Assembly (NCBI RefSeq): GCF_009914755.1
Contig: NC_060937.1
Origin: the human T2T-CHM13v2.0 reference genome, Homo sapiens
Direction: 5' to 3' (one strand)
Length of the DNA stretch: 64,000 nucleotides
Of the stretch, positions 58,473 to 64,000 are shown in pieces. Numbering within the stretch: the first letter of the stretch is position 1; every line of letters begins with the position of its first letter. The notes beneath the pieces are model-generated. The model did no database searches. It saw only the letters and a list, made by a program, of their open reading frames with translations, and was not told where the DNA came from. The translations under genes and the position numbers were made by a program.

Positions 58473-60299
58473 GAAGGTTAAACCTACCTCTCGCTATAAA
58501 GCAAGAAAGGCAGCTCCTCACTTTCTCAGGATTCCCTGTGGTTGGGGCCAGGATATGTGGCCTGGGCTCTGCCCATCAGACACATCTGCCACAGCTCTGA
58601 AGCAGAGAAGCAGGGACTTCCCTTCAGATGACATGCGGCAGAACAGCAGCCACTCCATGCAGCTCCAGGAGGTGCCTGCAACAGAAGCCCCTGCAGCAGC
58701 AGCCAGCGTGGCCCATCCACAGTGTGCGTGGTGTCAGCAGGACCTGCTCCTGATGGCAAGGGCGACTCATCTCCATAGGACTTGTTCTGCAGCCTCTGAG
58801 CCTGGTCCTTCTGGAGATTCCATAAGTTACTCCATACTTTCTCATCAATTTCCTTTCTGCTTTAACAGGGAAGGCTTCTATTGCTTGCCTAGAACAGTTC
58901 CTGACACAGTAGGTTCTTAGTATTTGTCAGTGTCTAATAAACCCTAAATTGACATAAGTGGTATTATATAAATCACATAACTTTCTAAAATAATTTCAAT
59001 TTAATACACATATATTTTTGTGAATATCAAAAAAAAAACAACAGTTACCTGTTACCTCACAACAGCACCTTGGGAAGACCTTTCTAGTATCCTGACTTTC
59101 ACAGATGGGGAAATCCCTGTTTGGAGACTTGCCCAAGGTCCGGAGCTAGCAGATGGCAAATACAAGGTTTGAACCGAGGCATTCTGCAATAGTAAATGTG
59201 AACAGTGCTCTCTGGCACAGTACTGAAAAATTTTTTTTTTTACATATTACTAGTCAAAGGTTTGAAGTCTCTGATTCTAAAGTAGTTATACAACAATGTT
59301 TGAAATTTGCCTGGGTGTCAATTTGTCTGGAAAAAGTGACATGTGTCTTGCCCTGAAGGAGGAGAACTAGAATAGAAACACTCTGTTTTTTGGGTGATGG
59401 TCCAAAGGAGAATGATGTCAATAGCTCTGTAACTTGGGGCACAAATTATTCAGGCAACAGCAAAGTTGGGGACTTAATTTGTCCGAAAAATTGTGTTGTG
59501 TCAGCTTGACTTATAAAACCAAATTCATTTTTAAAAGTGTTAGCCATTACAAATTCTGAGATACTTTTTAAAGCTTTAGTTTGGCAAATGAGAACAGTTG
59601 GGAAAATAAATATGTGCAGTGAAAAGAGTTAAAATATCTTGTTCAAAAAAGAAATTATGATAACTGTGAAAACTAAGTATCAGAACAAATGTCCATTCTC
59701 AAGTTAGGCAGAGATGTCACCCTCAGAATCAAAGCATCATTTTTGGAAAAATGTTGGAAAGAAGCCCATGGTGTAGGTGACAGTAACTAATTTTCTGTTG
59801 CAGTTTCTAAGGTGAGGATGAATCAGGTCAGCTGGGACCTGCCTTCCCAGTGTCAAGTAGGAATCCTCTCTTGTAGAACTTACTGCTGAAACCAGGTACT
59901 TACTTCCCTGCATGTGGATCCAGAATCATAGCAAGTTCTGTTGATTCATCGCTTCCCACGCTGAGCCTGGAATGCAGCCATACCACCTCTTTCCTGGCCT
60001 GTCCTAGATGGAATTTGTGGCTTCTCTGGGCTCTGGCTTTCTCACAAAGTGAAGGGGCCACCTGCCTTATCCTGTCTGATCTTTGATGTCTGATAGTGGT
60101 GGCTGGGGTTGCTCCTGAAATTCCTGCAAGGTACTAGAGACCTTCCAGCTAAGCTGCCACTTAGCTCCCAGTTATTTCCCACATATCCTCTCCCCAGTCT
60201 CTGGGCTCAGAAGTACTGCATTATGAGTAAGCTGGGGAACCTGAAGCTCACCAAGGCAAAGGCTTCAAGTTCAAGGTTCAAATGAGACTCAGGGAAACT

Positions 60300-61200
<901 letters not shown>

Positions 61201-61681
61201 TACATTCTTTTAAAAAATTTGAAAGCATGGGCTATGGGAGCTCAAGACGTCAGTGTTAAAACAGTGATGAGTAAGGGAGATTCCAATTAGGTTGCTCAGG
61301 TCAGAGCTATCAGGCTTCAGTGCTCAGTATTTAAGATAGCTCAGAATTCAGAGCTCATAATCAAAATATCTGCAAGTAAACATAATAATTGCTACCAGCT
61401 GTTAATCACTTTCTAGGTGCCAGGCTCTAGACAAAGCATTTTATGAACACGACCTCATTTCGTGCCTGCAACAATTTTATAAGGTAGGTGCTAGTAATAT
61501 TTCCATTTTACAGAATAATGACATGCCTTGCTCAAGGTCATGCTGCTGGTAAGTAGTAGTCAGGAAGCTAAAGAGGATCTATCCAGGACAGAGAGATTGA
61601 ATGGCATCAAGGGGTGTGGGGGAGCAAATTGTCCAGGTTCCTCTGCTCTGGACACTGTATTTCTTAGTAAGAGATTAATCA

Positions 61682-63750
61682 GCAAGACAAGGATGCCCTC
61701 TCTCACCACTCCAGTTCAACATATTGGAAGTTCCGGCCAGGGCAATCAGACAAGAGAAAGAAATAAAGGGTATTCAAATAGGAGGAGAGGAAGTCAAATT
61801 GTCTCTGTTTACAGATGACATGATTGTATATTTAGAAAACCCCATCGTCTCAGCCCAAAATCTCCTTAAGCTGATGAGCAACTTCAGCAAAGTCTCAGGA
61901 TACAAAATCAATGTGCAAAAATCACAAGCATCCCTACACACCAATAACAGACAAACAGACAGCCAAATCATGAGTGAACTCCCATTCACAATTGCTACAA
62001 AGAGAATAAAATACCTAGGAATACAACTTACAAGGGAAGTGACAGACCTCTTCAAAGAGAATTACAAACCACTGCTCAAGGAAATAAGAGAGGACACAAA
62101 CAAATGGAAAAACATTCCAGGCTCATGGATAAGAAGAATCAATATCATGAAAATGGCCAAACTGCCCAAAGTAATTTATAGATTCAGTGCTATCCCCCAT
62201 CAAGCTACCAATGACTGTCTTCACAAAATTGGAAAAAAACTACTTTAAAGTTCATATGGAACCAAAAAAGAGCCCACATAGCCAAGACAATCCTGGGCAA
62301 GAAGAACAAAGCTGAAGGCATCACGCTACCTGACTTCAAACTATACTACAAGGCTACAGTAAACAAAACAGAATGGTACTGATACCAAAATAGATATATA
62401 GACCAATGGAACAGAACAGAGGCCTCAGAAATAACACCACACATCTACAACCATCTGATCTTTGACAAATCTGACAAAAACAAGCAATGGGGAAAAGATT
62501 CCCTATTTAATAAATGGTGTTGGGAAAACTGGCTAGCCATATGCAGAAAACTGAAACTGGACCCCTTCCTTAAATCTTATACAAAAATCAACTCAAGATG
62601 GATCAAAGACTTAAACATAAGACCCAGGACCATAAAAATCCTAGAAGAAAACCTGGGCAATACCACTCAGGATGTAGGCATGGGTAAAGACTTCATGTCT
62701 AAAACAACAAAAGCAATGGCAACAAAAGCCAAAATTGACAAATGGGATCTAATTAAATGAAAGACCTTCTGCACAGCAAAAGAAACTATTATCAGAGTGA
62801 ACAGGCAACCTACAGAATGGGAGAAAATTTTTGCAATCTACCCATCTGACAAAGGGCTAATATCCAGAATCTACAAAGAACTTAAACAAATTTACAAGAA
62901 AAAAACAACCCCTCAAAAAGTGGGCAAAGGATATGAACAGACACTTCTCAAAAGAAGACATTTATGCAGCCAATAGACATATGAAAAAAAAGCTCATCAT
63001 TACTGGTCACTAGAGAAATGCAAATCAAAACCACAATGAGACACCATCTCATGCCAGTTAGAATGGCGATCATTAAAAAGTCAGGAAACAATAGATGCTG
63101 GAGAGGATGTGGAGAAATAGGAACGCTTTTACACTGTTGGTGGGAGTGTAAATTAGTTCAACCATTGTGGAAGACAGTGTGGCGATTCCTCAAGGATCTA
63201 GAACTAGAAATACCATTTGACCCAGCAATCTCATTACTGGGTATATACCCAAAGGATTATAAATCATTCAATTATAAAAAGACATGCACACGCATGTTTA
63301 TTGCAGCACTATTCACAATAGCAAAGACTTGGAACCAACCTAAATGTCCACAATAATAGACTGGATAAAGAAAATGTGGCACATATACACCATGGAAAAC
63401 TATGCAGCCATAAAAAAGGATGAGTTCTTGTCCTTTGCAGGGACATGGATGAAGCTGGAAAACATCATTCTCAGCAAATATCACAAGGACAGAAAACCAA
63501 ACACCACATGTTCTCACTCATAAGTGGTAGTTGAACAATGAGAACACTTGGACACAGGGAGGGAAACATCACACACCAGGGCCTGTTTGGGGGTGCGGGG
63601 CTAGGGGAGGGTTAACATTAGGAGAAATACCTAATGTAGGTGATGGGTTGATGGGTGCAGCAAACCACCATGGCACATGTATACCTATGTAACAAACCTG
63701 CATGTTCGGCACATGTACCCCAGAACTTAAAGTGTAATTAAAAAAAAAAG
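61682..63750 (+). mobile_element. L1PA (about L1PA7/8), 5'-truncated to ~2.1 kb
   Basis: ORF2 RT/C-terminal remnants ([13 protein letters not shown]; [17 protein letters not shown]); 3'UTR; poly(A); TSD AGAGATTAATCA (61670-61681, 63755-63766). Confidence 0.96.
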
Positions 63751-64000
63751 AGAGAGAGATTAATCAAAACTTCAGAAACAGAAATTCCTCTCTTTCCCCA
63801 GGCAACCAAGCCATCAATACACTGATGTGAGGGAAATCAGAAGAGCGCAAATCAGGTCCAGGCGTGAAATGGCTTCTGACTTTGTCAGCCAGTAGATTTT
63901 CTCCCTTGTAAAGAAATCACCACAGGAATGAACAGTGCCCCAGCAGGGGCTTATCATTCTCTTCCTTGAGAGTGTAAAGCTCCAGTGCTGACTCACATAT

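Noticed and set aside
61724-63356. ORFs of 174 and 112 aa with reverse-transcriptase motifs
   Set aside because: Frameshifted ORF2 remnants of a truncated L1PA; not a gene and not mobile

Overview
Primate (most likely human) nuclear genomic DNA. It is AT-rich and CpG-depleted, and is dominated by interspersed repeats: about 21 Alus, several nested L1s, a near-complete THE1 provirus, MaLR/ERV LTRs, Tigger/MER DNA transposons, and MIR/L2. I recognise no protein-coding gene, structural RNA gene or CpG island, and all the long ORFs map to repeats. Features the repeats do not explain: (1) a 445-bp unique-sequence inverted repeat (18446-18890 / 19794-20239) around a 903-bp spacer, with a nearly identical inner third; (2) one Tigger1 apparently split by a ~4.4-kb inversion with a 30-bp inverted duplication at the breakpoints; (3) a poly(A)- and TSD-flanked retrocopy made only of LTR fragments (32479-32722); (4) clustered fold-back micro-duplications in an L1; (5) an old ~285-bp direct duplication; (6) candidate + strand non-coding exons near 52.5-53.0 kb. 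Repeat subfamily calls come from remembered consensus sequences, and identities were counted by eye. I see no convincing evidence of a new gene system. The leads are structural or regulatory.
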